A DNA stretch of 64,000 nt, taken from NCBI RefSeq assembly GCF_024521635.1, contig NW_026250403.1:1426001-1490000 (forward strand). Reading direction: 5' to 3'. The position numbers and the translations under genes were made by a program. The DNA comes from Tricharina praecox. Taxonomy: Eukaryota. Below are positions 1 through 13,993 of this stretch, piece after piece (position 1 is the first letter of the stretch; each line of letters begins with the position of its first letter). A model generated the notes under the pieces. The model made no database searches. It saw only the letters and a program-made list of their open reading frames with translations, and had not been told where the DNA came from.

Positions 1-3000
1 CATCGGGTACAGTATCATTGCCATGATGACCGGGGGGATGATCCGCAGCGGGACTATATCGAATAGAACCTTGGCCGAGAAGTATGTGATGGGCGAGTAA
101 TAACCGTTAGCGCGCTCTCTGAGGAAGAGGGTTCGTTCCGCTGCGAAGACGTTGAGAGAGGTGAGGGTCGAGAAGCCGAACAGAGCAAGGACGAAGAAGA
201 AGAGTCCCAGCCGATTCTGGAAACCAGAAATGTCGTCCCTGACACCGAAGAAGAGATAACCACAGAGGCACGCAAGCACAATGGAGACGGCGTAGTGGGC
301 GAGCATCAGCATCGGGTTGCGGTATAGATTCTTCCATGTTCTCGCGGAGAGAATCATGAACTGTCCAATCCAACCAACCCGCCTAAAGCCTTTTCCTTCT
401 CCTCCGAGTCCTTGGCCGTTGCCGTTGGCATTGCCATTAGGACTAGGAGTGTTGGCAGTGTCGATCTCCTCTTGAATCTCCTTTGCAACGTCAGAGGTCT
501 TGTAGGCATTGATCAACACGTCGAGATCAGTCATGTCCTCCCTGACAGAAGGCGGCAATAAAGCATCAGTTTCGGCAGTGTCATCGATACTCCGGCGTGG
601 CTCTAGGTCATCAGACATCATTACGCCATCCTCGCTGAGACCCGGGCCGAGGCTGTGGTTGGACCGTTTCTTGGTGAACAATTTCTGAGCCTGCTCCTCC
701 CGAATGGAGGATCCTCTCTTGCGGGGACGAGGTCTTTGTCCGTTGTTTTTCGGTGTGGCTGACGATGAGCTCTCAACTTCAGGAACGGCGTTGTCGTCTT
801 CCGGGAAAGCCCGGCGCTGGTCGGCATGGACAGTGAGATCGACTAGATAATCCGCAATGTTGAATCCAGGAGGGCACGGATAACCCTGCTTGTCAAAGTA
901 CGTCTGACATCTATCGAATGGACCCGAGTAAATGCACCTTCCTTTAGCCAAGAGAACAAGCTGGTCAAACAGAGCCACAATGTTGCTCTTAGGCTGATGA
1001 ATGGTGAAGATGACCGTGCGGCGGTAGTTTTTTGCCAATTTGACCAAGCATTCGACGACATTGTAGGCGTTGAACGAATCCAATCCGCTGGTGGGCTCAT
1101 CGAGGAACAAGATGCTGGGACTAGTTACGAGTTCGCAAGCAATGCTGACTCTCCGCTTCTCACCTCCGGAGATGCCACGGATGCCATTGTCTTCAGAAGT
1201 ACCAATGAGCTGATCCTTGATACCGTTAATTCCAAGTTGCGTCATAACTTCCACAACCCGTCTGTCTTTGGCCTGAAAGTTCATATCCCGGGGAAGCCTG
1301 AGGAGTGCAGAGTTCAGAACGGTTTCGTAAACGGTGAGTGTCGCCATCATAGTATCTTCCTGATCGACGAAACCACTGATCTCCTTGTAGTCCTCATCGG
1401 TAACCCTAGCACCATTGACCATGAACTTTCCGTTGACCTGTCCTCGCTTGTTCTTTCTAGCCAGAATATCCAAGAAAGTTGTCTTTCCAGCGCCCGAGGG
1501 ACCCATGATAGCCATGACCTCTCCAGGACTGACTGCGCCTCTAACACCCTCGAGGATCTGCTTCCCGTTGAGCTGGTAAGAAACGTCGCAGAAGTGCAAA
1601 GCCGCGGGCTTATGTCCAGTCAGGATTCCGAGCGCTTCGTCGTCGTCATCCGAAAGGTGAATGGCACCCAGTCCTCGTTTCTGGTTCGCGCGTCTGCTCG
1701 CCCACCATAGTCCCAAAACCACTATGACGATGAAAAGCGCGCATCCAGCAATAACTCCAGCAATCAAGGGCTTGTTGATGGTCTTGATGGGACGCGTGTA
1801 GCCGGGAACTTCGGATTTGTGCAAACACTCGCCGGAGTCGCAGTTGAGGAGAATAGTCGGGTCACCAAAGATATCAGTGATGACCTGGTTCATGTTGGCC
1901 TCCGAGAAAATGCATTGGTCATTGGTCTTTGAGGAATCGCATTGGAAGGAAGCTGGTCCGGTAATCCCTTCCTTGAGGAATTCGCTCAAATCGATGGTGC
2001 CGCCTTCACCGCACAGAGTCCGGCCAGGGACACACTCGCATTCAACTTTCTTGCACTCGTAGTCGGTGACATTCTTGTCGTGCTGAGTGTCAAGTTTCCA
2101 GTCGCACTCTGTGAGGTCGCAATAGAACGATTCGCGTTGGTCGACCCAGACTAAAACAGTCAATGTGCTGCCTGCAAACCCGCCGGAAGGACCTTACATT
2201 CGAAAGTGCACTTTGCGTCCTCCTTGTTGCAAGCAAACGTGACTTGAGGCTTCTTCTTCAACATCTCGAGAATCTTACGATCTGTTCCCAAACTGTCAGC
2301 CATTGCCACCACCCGAACCCGCATCGCAGGGGCACCCACTCGTCACATCACACTGCTGGAAGTTCTCCTTGACGGTAATTCCCTGTTTGTAGCATACACC
2401 GTCCACTCCCTGCGGCATGAGCGCATTGCAGGCATCGTCTGTCTTGCAGACTACACCTAGCGATCAGTACTTCTTCATGCAAGCGCAGCGCTGTAGCACC
2501 AACCGTTGCAGTTTATCCCCTCCCATCCTTCATCGCATTCGCACGGCCCGTCACCCTTCGGTGGTCGGTGAGTTCCAGCGGCTAACGATCCACACACTGT
2601 CCGAGTAGCAAACCGCCAGCGTCAGTCATTGTCCTTCCTTGGTTGGGTTCGGGAGACAGAGGAGGCGCACGTGGTTGTAAACAGTCATCGCCAGCGAATC
2701 CTGGAGGACACTCGCACTTTCCGCTGTGCGAGCTGCATTTCGCGAACTGCGTGCAGTGGAAGGCCGGTAGGAGGCAGTTGAAGCTATGGAACGCAACCGG
2801 TCGTCAGCACCGCAATCCTCTCGAGACAAACAGCGTGGTAAGGGCCCTGAAGCCTCCGAAATTCCCAGCCCAACCAAAGCATCGCTGGAGAGAAGAGAAG
2901 GACGACAATTTACGCACCACGGAGGACAGTCTTTTGGTCGGTCATCCAAGCTCCAGACATTCTGCGACTGCAGGAGCGCGAGGTTGGGAGTGACCGATGA

Positions 3001-3084
3001 CGTATTCCGCGCCTCCGTCACCATCGACGACAGCGACGCCGCGAGGAGAACGAAAGCGCCGAACGAGCGTAACATCGGCGGCAT
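1..3084 (-). CDS. ADP1: ABCG-type half ABC transporter with N-terminal signal peptide and Cys-rich EGF-like ectodomain (ADP1 type); 3' end lies outside the window
   Basis: Exons approx. 3084-2918, 2783-2671, 2596-2504, 2450-2340, 2281-2198, 2150-<1, all with GT..AG introns. Protein begins with a signal peptide then [21 protein letters not shown]. Walker A is GPSGAGKT, signature ISGGEKRR, Walker [13 protein letters not shown]; the TMD contains [10 protein letters not shown] and [10 protein letters not shown]. Confidence 0.93.
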
Positions 3085-3930
3085 AGTTCGGCAACGCCGA
3101 AAGACCCAAAGCGCGTAGGTCTCACCGACGATGTGTGTAGCTGGTTACCGTTCGGTCGGAGGTGGGTCTGGGGCAACGTGGTGTGATTGCTTTCCGCGAG
3201 GAATAAGAAGCTTCCAAACGGGAGAAGAAGAGGTACAGGCGCGAATGGGATGATGGGGAAAGCAGAAGTACTCTATGAGTAGAGTTGGCCAGGTATTTAG
3301 CTTTCTCCAGGGAGGGGGGCGAGGTATGATCACGAGCAGGCTGAGGGACGGGACCAGATCTTAAACCAAACCCAAGCTGGCTGGAGCTGGGGGCGAGATG
3401 GGCCAGCGAGGCTTGGCACGTGGGTCGGTGGTTGGGTCGTGCACGTCAACGATAGATAACTAGGGTGAGCTACCTCAGATAGGTACCAGTGCATAACCAG
3501 ATGAAATCGTAAGAAGCAGGCGTATCGACTTCCGGCTATGGGGCGATGGCCACACAACTAGAGGCGGATGAATCCGACACATATTCAGGTACTTTCCCAT
3601 GCTCTATTCTCTCTTCTGTCTGCGAATCATAAGAGATGATGCGTGCTGTATGGAGTCCGATCTGGCTGGCTGGGCCTTCCGCACGGCCCAATGGCGTCGC
3701 ATTCCGATCCGGGATGACATCCCGTCACGATCTGAGCCTAGAGGAGGCTCTTTTGTGTGTGGGTGAACGCCAGATAGAGTAGCTCTCTTTCCCTTTGGTG
3801 AAAGCTCGGATCGCTGCTTATCTGGGGAAGCCGACGGCGTTCCCCGAGAGCCACATAGACTCATATAAGTACGTAGTTGGGGAGCTCTCTCTCGTCGACA
3901 TCAGCACGCGACCACTATCTACAGACAATA

Positions 3931-5257
3931 ATGGCCATCCTTCCCATCTTTGTGAAGGCCTACTGGTCCCTGGCCTTCATGGGCCTATGCTACTTTTGCG
4001 CCCTGGGGCTCCTGACGATTCCGGTCGTCCAGAAAAAGTATTGCTAATCCTCCTCCCCCGCTGCCCGCTACCGGCTGTCGGCCGCCGCTACGAATTCAAT
4101 CCGCTGACTTTTATACTTCGTGTCTAGTGCGATATACGTGCACAGACTCCGGCTGAGTTGGCTGAGCGATCTGATTCAGCCCGAGCAATTCGGCTTCGCG
4201 AAGAATCAGGTCACGCCGTTCTACTACAACACGTCGGATGGTGAGGCGATCTTTGCGTGGCACGTTCTGCCTCTCGGGATCTACATGCTGCATCGCGAGG
4301 AGCTGGTGAAGCAGGAGGGGCATGGTGTTGCCGCTGCGCCGCTCGAGACCAAGAACCTCCAGCTGCTGAGAGATGACCCCGAAGCTCGATTGATAATCCA
4401 CTGTCCATCTTTCTTCTCCCTCGGCTTATCCAGCGATTACTGAACATGCTCCAGTCCACGGCAACGCAGGCACCGTCGGCGCCGGCCTCCGCCCCTCCTA
4501 CCTCCGTTCGCTCTCCGCCGCGCACCCCACCAAGATCCACATCCTGGCAATCGACTACCGGGGCTTCGGCCTCTCGACCGGCGACCCCTCAGAAACCGGC
4601 CTCATCACGGATGGCGTGTCCGCTGTCCGTTTCGCGGTCGACCAGCTCGGGATCCCGCCGTCGCGCATCGCGCTCATCGGGCAATCCCTCGGCACAGCCA
4701 TCACGATCGGCGTAGCCGACCAACTCGCCGCGCAATCCCCACCGGAGGAGTTCGCAGCGGTGATCACGATCGCCGGTTTCTCGAGCATGAAGGAGCTCCT
4801 CCTGACCTACCGCATTGGCGGGTACTTCCCCGTGCTAGCGCCACTCCGCGGATACCCCAAGGTGCAGACGTGGTTCACCGAGTACCTCCTCGAGTCGTGG
4901 GACTCTGTGGGGCGCCTCGCGCGCCTCGTCAAGAATTCGCCGAACCTCAACTTGGTGCTGATTCACGCAAAGAATGATTACGACATCCCGTGGAAACATT
5001 GCGATGCCCTCTTTGTCCATGCCGCGAGCGCGGCGAGGAAAACGATTGAGGGCGAGGATACGAAGATGAAGGTCAGTGATGCGCTGGACGCCCGTGTCAT
5101 CACGACATACGGAAACGAGAGCACCCTGGCTACCTGGCCGGAGGACAGGAGCAATGGCAGGAGGATCAGCCAGTGGCTCGTTAAGTGGGGTGGCCATAAT
5201 GCGGTGGTTACAAGCGCGGGCACGTCGGTGATTGTGGCGAAAGCGTTCGGTTTGTAG
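3931..5257 (+). CDS. ABHD12-like alpha/beta hydrolase with N-terminal membrane anchor
   Basis: Exons 3931-4037, 4128-4402, 4455-5257. Motifs: FHGNAG oxyanion loop, IDYRGFG, GQSLG nucleophile elbow, LIHAKNDYDIP and GGHN. Confidence 0.9.
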
Positions 5258-8200
5258 TGGGAGGTTATTCTGTGATGAGCTATGATAGATACCGCCATGG
5301 GACGGGGTAGTAGAATATTTATACCAATTGATCTTGCGGTTCGGTCGAGGGCGTCTGTGATTCCTTATCTACTATCCTTCATCATACCTACCTATGTAGG
5401 TTCATCGGCTATCACGCAACTGCGGTCCGAAATCTGAATGCACGATCGGAAGAAGTGGAAGCTAACAATCTTATACCTCAGCCCGTGGCACTTGGCAAAA
5501 TCCCAGCGCGGATCATGCACTCTCACTCCGTAGCCAGTGGCTGGCCCGGCAGCTGCTGGCTGGAGACGGAGTATCTACCATACCCGACCGCTCTAACCGA
5601 GGTACTATAATCTCCGATTTCCGGTCTCGTAGGTAGGTATCGCAATCGCAATCTCCCCTCCAGATTCCAGGGTGGAGTCCCAACGTCACAAGCTCTCATT
5701 CGCTTTTGGGCCTCGGGCTGTCCATTCCCCCCCACTCTTCTCCCTCCCACCGCATCAAAAGACGCACGTATCTCCGTCATTATCTCACATGTGACTCAAT
5801 TAGCACCTAACTAATCTTTGGGTTGGGCCACGACTGGTCACTGGTCGTTTGTTGAGTCAGTCGGACAATTCGATGGTACCGCACCGGTTACGAGTACCAG
5901 TACCAGTACAAGTTACGGGTTATGGGTTACGAGTACGAATTACGACTGTGTACGAGAGTGTGCGTACGTACGCCTGACGTCGACGGCCGTGCGTTGAGTT
6001 GCGTTTTTCCACAGGGCTGAGGTTTTTGCTGTGGGCAGTGGGCACGAAGACGACGCTCGCATCTGAGTACCAGGCCATCCATCCAGCCATACAGCCTTCT
6101 TCCGCATTCCACCGGAGCCCTGGGGCCTAGAGCCCGGGGCTGAAGGTGTTGCGTCTCATCCAGCCGTGCTCGTACTGGAAAACAACGGAGATCCGGAGGA
6201 TACATAGCCAGCCGAGGGATTTACTTACCGTCCGACGTCCGTCTCGTTTGCCATGTACATAGCCGCGTCATGGTCGGCTTACATATATTTTGGCGTGATC
6301 ATGTGAATACATGAGTTGCGTTAGGCTGCTCGCTCAGTTGGCTGGCTGGCTGGCTACATAGTTGGGCATGTGGTTTCTACTGAGCACTGACTCTTGAACA
6401 CTACACAGTCCACGAGCCCGTTTGCGCCAGCCCCGTCCCGGTCGATATCGATATCGATACCAATAGAAGCTACGGTATGTACGAGTACGGATTACGCACG
6501 GAAATCACCCTATATACATTATCAAGCGATTGAGCACAGACATCCATCCATTCATCCATCCATTCCTCCAGACAATTAGCCTGCCTGCCTGGCTACCTGT
6601 CCCTCCCGCCGATCGAGCACGAGCACGAGCACGGTACCGATATCTCCGGTACCGATATCTCTTCCGTCCCTCGTCTCTCGTCTCGTCTCGACTCCGTGAC
6701 GATCAAACCGCTCGGGAAGTGAGGAGGGAAGGTATGTCGGAGGGAAGGTACACAGGAGGGAAGATGGCCCCGTCGTCGATGATACAACTCTGCATCTGCA
6801 GGGGCCCTGGGGGGTCCATTCTGCAGCACTGTGGGTCTCGATATCTATCACATTCGCACTCGCATTGATCTTGCAGGCGGGGGGGTGGTGGGAGGGGAGG
6901 GGAGGGGAGGGGAGGGGAGGGGAGGGAGGGGAACCAGGCCCAACCCGATCCAACCCATCCCTTCCCTTCCCTTCCCTACTTTGGTATGTGGAGCAGGAAG
7001 CGGGTTTTTAGTGTGTGTTAGACGGACGGACGGAGTGGGCGTGAGGGGCGAGAGGGGAGGGGCAGAGGCAGAGGAGGAGGGGTTCAGAATTCAGAGTTCT
7101 CTCGATCTCTGGTAGGTATGCGCGTAAATCACTCCTCGGGGTGGAAGGGGAATCTCGATCCCATCCCTAGATTCCACCGTCCACGAGGAAGCTTACGATT
7201 GCAAGCCACGACTAGACGATGGGCGGGGGGCGTGAGGCGTGTGGCGGGTCACTTGACATGTTGCCTCACTCACTCACTCACTCCGTCGGCCAGGGACGCG
7301 AGTGATATCGCGTGACGTTTGTCATACCTAGCCAATCTAGCAAGCAAGCATACGTACCTTACGCCACAGTCAGTGTGTACTCGTACACGTTTTCCTCGTG
7401 GCGTAAGCAAGTGAGTACGCGGAAGCCAGTTGGTGTGTGTGTGGTGTGTGTGTGTGGGTCCTTTTTTGCCCTTCCTATTCGTGGGAAGAAGGTAGGTAGG
7501 GGCAAAGGTGGGGGGAGGGGGAGGGGGGCTCATCATGCCTAGCCGTTTGGTGGTTCCTAGCGAGCGGTGGATGACGCCAGCCCATGGGCATCGGCGCAGT
7601 CTCTGAACATTTCACCGGCCGGTCTGTGGCGCGCGACGGGAAAACGGCCGACGGCCGAGGACGCCAGCAGTAGCAGTATCGCGGCAACAGTGGTACGTAC
7701 ATGGATAGGTAGTTAACCACCTATTCGATTGCAATTGCCCACCTTACTCGGCATCGAGAGAGCAGGTGCTCGCAAGCAAATCACTCTTGCCGTCCAAAGC
7801 GTGCTTGGTATGTACACGAATTTGCAATCTTGCGGGTGTGTCGTCGTTGGATGGGGGGAAGGCTCTCTTCGAACTCGATATTGCCTGTCCGGGGACACGC
7901 GGTCTGCTGCTGATGCTGCCGTGGGATCGGCGGGGGTGGGTTTACATACGACCAGCGCGATAGTTACTATAGATACATGGACAGACTGGACGATACTTGT
8001 ATGTACGGTGTACCTGGGTACCGGAGAGATGGTTGGTCGGATGCTCGGTTTACGGATGTGTTCCTTTCTTTCTTTTTCTTCTGTTTTTCTTCTTTCTTCT
8101 TTCTTCTTTTTCTTTTCACCTTCTGAGTTTCCTCCCCCTCCATATCCACATCATTCTCTTTCTTTCCCGTTCTCGTGGCGGTCGTCGTCTTTTTCTTCGA

Positions 8201-8459
8201 GGTTCACTGTCTCGCAGTCTCCGCTTCACGCTTCAACGGAGTTGTGCGAAGGCTCAAGGGAACCCGATTTAGATCTGCCCTCTAGCGTTCGGTGTGGGTG
8301 GTGTGAGCGAATGAGAAGCGACGCAGCGATGGTTGGGTGCCGCGTAATCCTCAGAATTGCGTACTCCTACCCCGAAGGGGGATAGGGCTTGGGTGGGGGT
8401 AGGGTTGTTACATACGACCGGCGGCGGCGGTGGAGGAGGTGGTGGACGAGGAGAAGAAG

Positions 8460-8532
8460 GACGAGGACGAGGACGAGGACGAGGAGGAGGAGGAGGAGGA
8501 GGAGGAGGAGGAGGAGGAGGTGGTGGTGGTGG
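8460..8532. repeat. (GACGAG)n/(GAG)n/(GTG)n compound microsatellite
   Basis: Directly visible; it produces stop-free homopolymeric ORFs in all frames. Confidence 0.9.
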
Positions 8533-10070
8533 TGCCTGTGGTGCTGCTACTGCTGCTGCTGGTGGCAGAGCTGTGCCCTGTACGCCTGCCATGCGCCGTT
8601 GCACTCGCTCTCTCGCACTTCGAGGCCAGACTGACGGAGAGCGAGCGACTCGCGAGAGCCAGACACCGCGCAAGGGTCTCCTGTCTTGTCTTTGTCTTGT
8701 CTTGTCTTTCTCTTTCCACATTCGGTGGAGCAGTCTGGTGTGGCAGTGAACGCAGGGCTGCGCTGCGCTACCGCCGCAGAAGGTACCTCATCTACATACA
8801 AGATCGTCGTGGCTCAGCTGCGAGAACCGACGAAATGCGCAGCCACAGTGCGGAGTACACACCACCACCACCACCACCACTCGATCAAGGCGGGATTCCG
8901 TACTACGGTACATACGTAGAAGTGTGTACTATCATGGTCTCGATCAGCACTCAACACGCAGCGCAGCACGCAGCTCGGAAACCCCGTCCGCTTCGCGCGC
9001 CGTGTCCATGATTCGATCTGGATAGTTCTTGTTCTCTGGCGTTGGCGAATTCTTCACTGTCCCCCGTTGGGCTTCATATTCATCTTCATCATATTCATCA
9101 TCATCACGCACGCATCAGCCCGAATGGTTCTCTTATGCTCTGCTCTCGCAGAAAATGGCATCGTGGATGGGATGGATGAATGCATACTTTCTACTCCTCG
9201 GATCCGATACTCCCCCCGGCGGCCCTACCAAATGATGACTCTGAATAACTCTCGAGTCTCTATTGCTTTACTCTGGAGTCTTTTAGGTACTTGACTCTGG
9301 AGTATATTGGGTACTTACCTAAAGTACTTTGCGTACTGGGAGATACTTCTTCTTCACAAAGCATCCAAGACACGCACACACGTAACTTGGATCCTGCGCT
9401 GCCGTCTCCGCGCGACTCACCTAACGGCAGGGAAGACGTTGTGGGTGGCTCGCTGTAAACAGCAGCTCCACTCTGTCGGGGCTGCGTAAGCTCTTCTCGC
9501 TCTCCTCTCTGGTCTGCCACCCCCAGGGCCCAGCAACTGCGCTACCTCCGACACCACCGACACCGACACCGACACCACCACCCACCAAACTCTTCCACCC
9601 AAATCCTTCCCTCCTCTTCTCTCCTCCTCCTCCTCCTCCTCCGTACTTACGACATCGAAGTCAATCTTCACCCTCGCGCACCCCCCCGTCGCCACTGTCT
9701 GCGTCGCCCTCCGCAACAGCACAGTCCACCTTCGATCTCCCCTAACCTCATCCCCCCTCACCCCCTCCCCCCCAGACCATCCACACACACCCCCCAACCA
9801 CAGATCTTAACTCTTCGATAACATCCGCCTCTCGAACTCGTCGTAACCACCCCCCGGTACCCGATCTGTGACGACGAACGAAACTACGACGACGCCGGGC
9901 GGCGGATCTTACTCACCAAACTACTCTACATCAACACTTCACACCCCCCCAGGCTATAACCCAAAATCCACCTCGCTCTACCCAACAAACTCCCTTCATC
10001 TACGCCTCCTGCGCCTCGCTGCTCCTCCCGACAACCTTCCAACTCTACACCCAAACGACACATCTTCAAC

Positions 10071-11917
10071 ATGTCGAATAACCCTCCACCGATCCCAGAT
10101 GTCGCTTCGTGGGCAAGGAATTTAACCGATAAGTACACAGATTGCATCAACAGCAAACGGACAGACGCCCTTACCGCACGGACACGGAACCTCTCGCTCG
10201 ACTCTCCCGTACCATCGTCGTCGTCCTCGCAGAAGACCAGCAGCAGCAGCAGAACCGCCTCCGACTCGAAGGGCTCGTCGAGATCGTCCGAGAAGCCTCA
10301 CTCGTCCTCGTCGCGTACCTCGTCCTCGCGTACCCACTCGTCGCAGACTTCGTCGTCGTCGCATGGCCTACGGAAATCCAAATCTAAGTTCGCTCTGAGT
10401 TCGTCGTCAACTTCACGGGAACCGGAAGTGGGAGCCGACGGCCTACCCGGCTACTCAGCTCGGTCGTCGGCCAAAGTACCAACTCCGCCTTCGGACCCCA
10501 ATTCGATAAAATTCCAGAACGTCTTGCGACAACTGGCTACGGTACCGCAGCGATATGAAAACCCCGGGTTGTTGGATGAGGCTTTGAATGTGATTCCTTT
10601 GGCCAGGATCTATGCGGAGGCGGAAGAGGAGAGCCAAATTATGCAGGTCGAAGCTATGAGCTTGGGGAAGGAGAAGGCGAAATGGGGCTATCAGGATTGT
10701 GTCATCATGGCTTTGCTCAAGTAAGTTGGGAAAAACTCCGCAAAACTTTTTTTTGGCTTTGGTGGAAAGATGAGGGTTGCTCTGCCGAGGAAACTGTATT
10801 TGCCATTCCATGGTTTCGATAGTTTGGATCGGCGGCTGGCTGTGGTGCCCGGTTGCCTTTGCCACTGCAGATCCCGACCGTCCCTGCGCATCGCATCCGT
10901 AATTCTAACCGAACGGCTCACTGACACTCTTCCAGGTGGTTCAAAAGGGATTTTTTCACCTTCGTTGGTGACCCACCATGTCAGAAATGCTATGCGGAAC
11001 GACGGCCATACGACACCAGGCTGGTTGGCCCGGTTCCTCCGACACCAGAAGAGAAAGCAAGGGGTGCGTCTCGCGTCGAGCTCTACGAGTGCAAGAGCGA
11101 GCACTGCAGTAATCAGGAACGGTTCGCTCGCTACAGCGACGTCTGGACCTTGATGCAGGAGAGGAGGGGCCGCTGCGGGGAGTGGGCGAACGTGTTTTCG
11201 ATGCTTTGCCGGGCCGTCGGCAGCAGAGTGCGATGGGTATGGAATAGCGAGGACCACGTAAGTTAACCCCCGCTCCCAAGGACCCGTTCCGACGGGGTCA
11301 ACCTAGTCTAGTCTTTAAGGTTATTAACAACGCCACAGGTCTTCACTGAAGTCTTTTCGGTTCACCATAACCGATGGATTCACGTCGACGTGTGCGAGGA
11401 GGCCTTCGATAACCCTCTCCTATACACGGAAGGATGGAGTAAGAAGATTGGATACTGCATCGCTTTCTCCCACGATGGTGCATCGGATGTCACTCGGCGA
11501 TACGTCCGCAACCCACGCACCCATGGCAACCCTCGGACAAAATGTCCTGAGGATGTACTTTTGTACATCTTAAACGACATTCGCGCCAAGAAGCGTGCAG
11601 GCATGAGCCCAACCGACCTTAAGCGGTTGGAGAGGGAGGACCGAGAGGAGGAGAAGGAACTTCGGACGATCGAGCTCCAGTCGATGATAGCCGACGGTCT
11701 GATCGAATCGAAGCGTTCGCGCAGAGGGGAGAGCGAGAGGGAGAAGCGTCCTCGGCAGAGTGGTTTGTCATCCACGTCTCGATTTGCTCCTCGACCTCGT
11801 ATTGACGATGATACAGGCACCGTCGATTGGGCCCGTCGAAGAGGCGAGGACGGAACAATACTCCAAGAACAGTCGTCGCCATTAGAGGACCACCGCATGG
11901 AACAAGACGGACACTGA
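10071..11917 (+). CDS. PNG1: Peptide:N-glycanase (transglutaminase-like core) with Ser-rich N-terminal extension
   Basis: Exons 10071-10720, 10936-11257, 11339-11917. Motifs: [26 protein letters not shown], Zn sites CQKC and [53 protein letters not shown]. Confidence 0.95.
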
Positions 11918-13904
11918 ACTGAAATCCCGGAAACCTCTGGCACCGGTTATTTTTTGCCTGCAGTTGTAAAGATATTGTGTTCACGGGTAGTGGAGTTTCA
12001 GGCGTGCTCTGTTTTTTCTTTCTTTCTTTTTGGCCCTGTCTTGGTTTCGGATGACGCGATGCATGCCGTTACGAATCGGCATATGGAGTTACTGTTCGCT
12101 TGGGTGTATAATGGCGGGGTATCGGGGCGGCACCTGCCAGTTGCTCGACGGAAGAGGGGGGATGTGGAGGTGGTGGATAGGGGGGGATGCCATTCAACCA
12201 GAGCCCCCCAGGGGTTGCTCTTATCGACAATTCGTGAACCGATTCAGCTATCGACAGACACCTCTTCGGCTTCGTCACTCGCTCACAACGATTTCTTTCA
12301 ATAGTCTTATCGCCTACAACCACACAAGACATCATATGTCTTCCTTCTTCCCTTACACTTCATCAACAGTTAATCGGTCTGGGACTTGATAATCTTCTTC
12401 ATTCATCTCTTCATCCTCTTGGAATCTCCTTTGTACCACCCCCCCACCTACGACCTTCGAGAGCCCTGTCGGAGCGACATTTCTTTAACGACTGATCTTT
12501 TTTTTGTGTGTGTTTTTGCTTGAGCGTTGATTAAAAGCGATATCCTTCTCTTTGATATTTTAGGTTTTTTTTTTCCATCTTCTTTTGGGTTCCTTTTTGG
12601 GGGGCGTGCGCGTATCTTGTCTTTTTTTTTTCTCTTTCTTCTTTTTTCTTTTTCTTTTCTCATTGGGTTAATTCTGTTTACCGGGTGTTTTGGGTCTTCT
12701 TCTTATTCTAAAGCAGCTGGATTTGTTTATCTCTGTGTATTCTTTTTTGGTCGGTGGGTGGGTGCACTGGGTAGGTGGGGGATGTACGTCGGTACTTATG
12801 CTATGAGGATCGAGGGGCGACGGGCGACGGGCGAGGGGAGCTGGCAAATGTTTCGTCTTTTTTTTCTTCTTTTCGGTTTTTTTTTCCATCTATTCGGGGG
12901 AGGCGTAGACTTCGGACTGGTTTTCTTTTTGGGGGGAGATGATGTTGGGGGAGAAATGTTGGAACTTGGGAGTGAAGTTGGGAGTGGAGAGTTGATGCAT
13001 TTTTTTTTCGAGGAGGCAATCAATACATGAATTGCGCGCGACCATCATACTTGCACCCTTGAATCCTACATACTTGAGAAGTCGGTTCAGTCGGTGCAGT
13101 CAGGTCAGGCCGTCAAGCGTGGTACTATACGTGTGCACTGTGCAGCACTGGTTGACGCGGCCATGGATGAATGTGGATGGATGTGGGTGGGTATGTGGGG
13201 TGGAGGGGGTGGAGGGGACAGCTGCAGCTCGCTCGGGTATGGTGGACTTGGGGTTGGGATGCTGGATGATTGGATGCACGGTGCACGGTGCGTGCATTGC
13301 GTGCGTTGCGTGGAAAGGGAGATCTGTTGATCTTGGGTTTTGGGTCTGGTATCGGGTTGGGTGTGGTGTTGGGTGCTGGGTATTGGGTCTGGTATTGGGT
13401 TGGGTGTTGGGGGATATGTACCGTATCATATTCTACCTACGTCCTTTGTCAAGTGGGCCGGGGACGAGCTAGAAAGGTGGTTGATACACGTGGTATCACT
13501 CGGGTTCAAGACGCAGCCCGGGCAGGTGTTGGACGTGGAAGATGGAATGAAGGCGCAGTGCGGAGAGTGATCCGTTTGGTTTGGTTCGCTGTAGGTTCTA
13601 TGGGGTGGTCGGTCGTCCGTCTGTCTGTCTGCCTGTAGATCGGAACCAGGAACCGGGAATTTATGTGGTGGGGGGCAGTGCAGTGTTCGCGGGCTCAGGC
13701 TCAGGCAGTTCAAGCGGCTCACTCAGGCCCAGGCTCAGGCTCGGGATCGGGATAGGGTTCGCAGTTTACGGTTTATACGAGTCGGCGAGCGTGCAAACTA
13801 TATAATACCAGGGGTCTGGTTAAGGGCACTGGGATCTGTATGTCTGTTTGTATGGATGGATGTACGTCGTCTCGGCGGCGGCGGGGTTACACCACCACCA
13901 CAAT

Positions 13905-13993
13905 CCAGATTCCAGATTCCAGATTCCAAGGACTGGAACTTGGAAGTCTGAAAGTCTGGAAGTCTGGAAGTTTGGAAGTTTGGAAGTTTGGAA
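13905..13993. repeat. Short tandem repeats (CCAGATT)n and (TGGAAGTY)n
   Basis: Directly visible 7-mer and 8-mer tandem arrays. Confidence 0.8.

Noticed and set aside
997-1710. 237-aa plus-strand ORF
   Set aside because: Antisense shadow of the ADP1 ATPase exon.
8269-9011. Overlapping polyP/G/R/E/S ORFs
   Set aside because: Artefacts of a stop-free GAG/GTG microsatellite; no coding signal outside the repeat.
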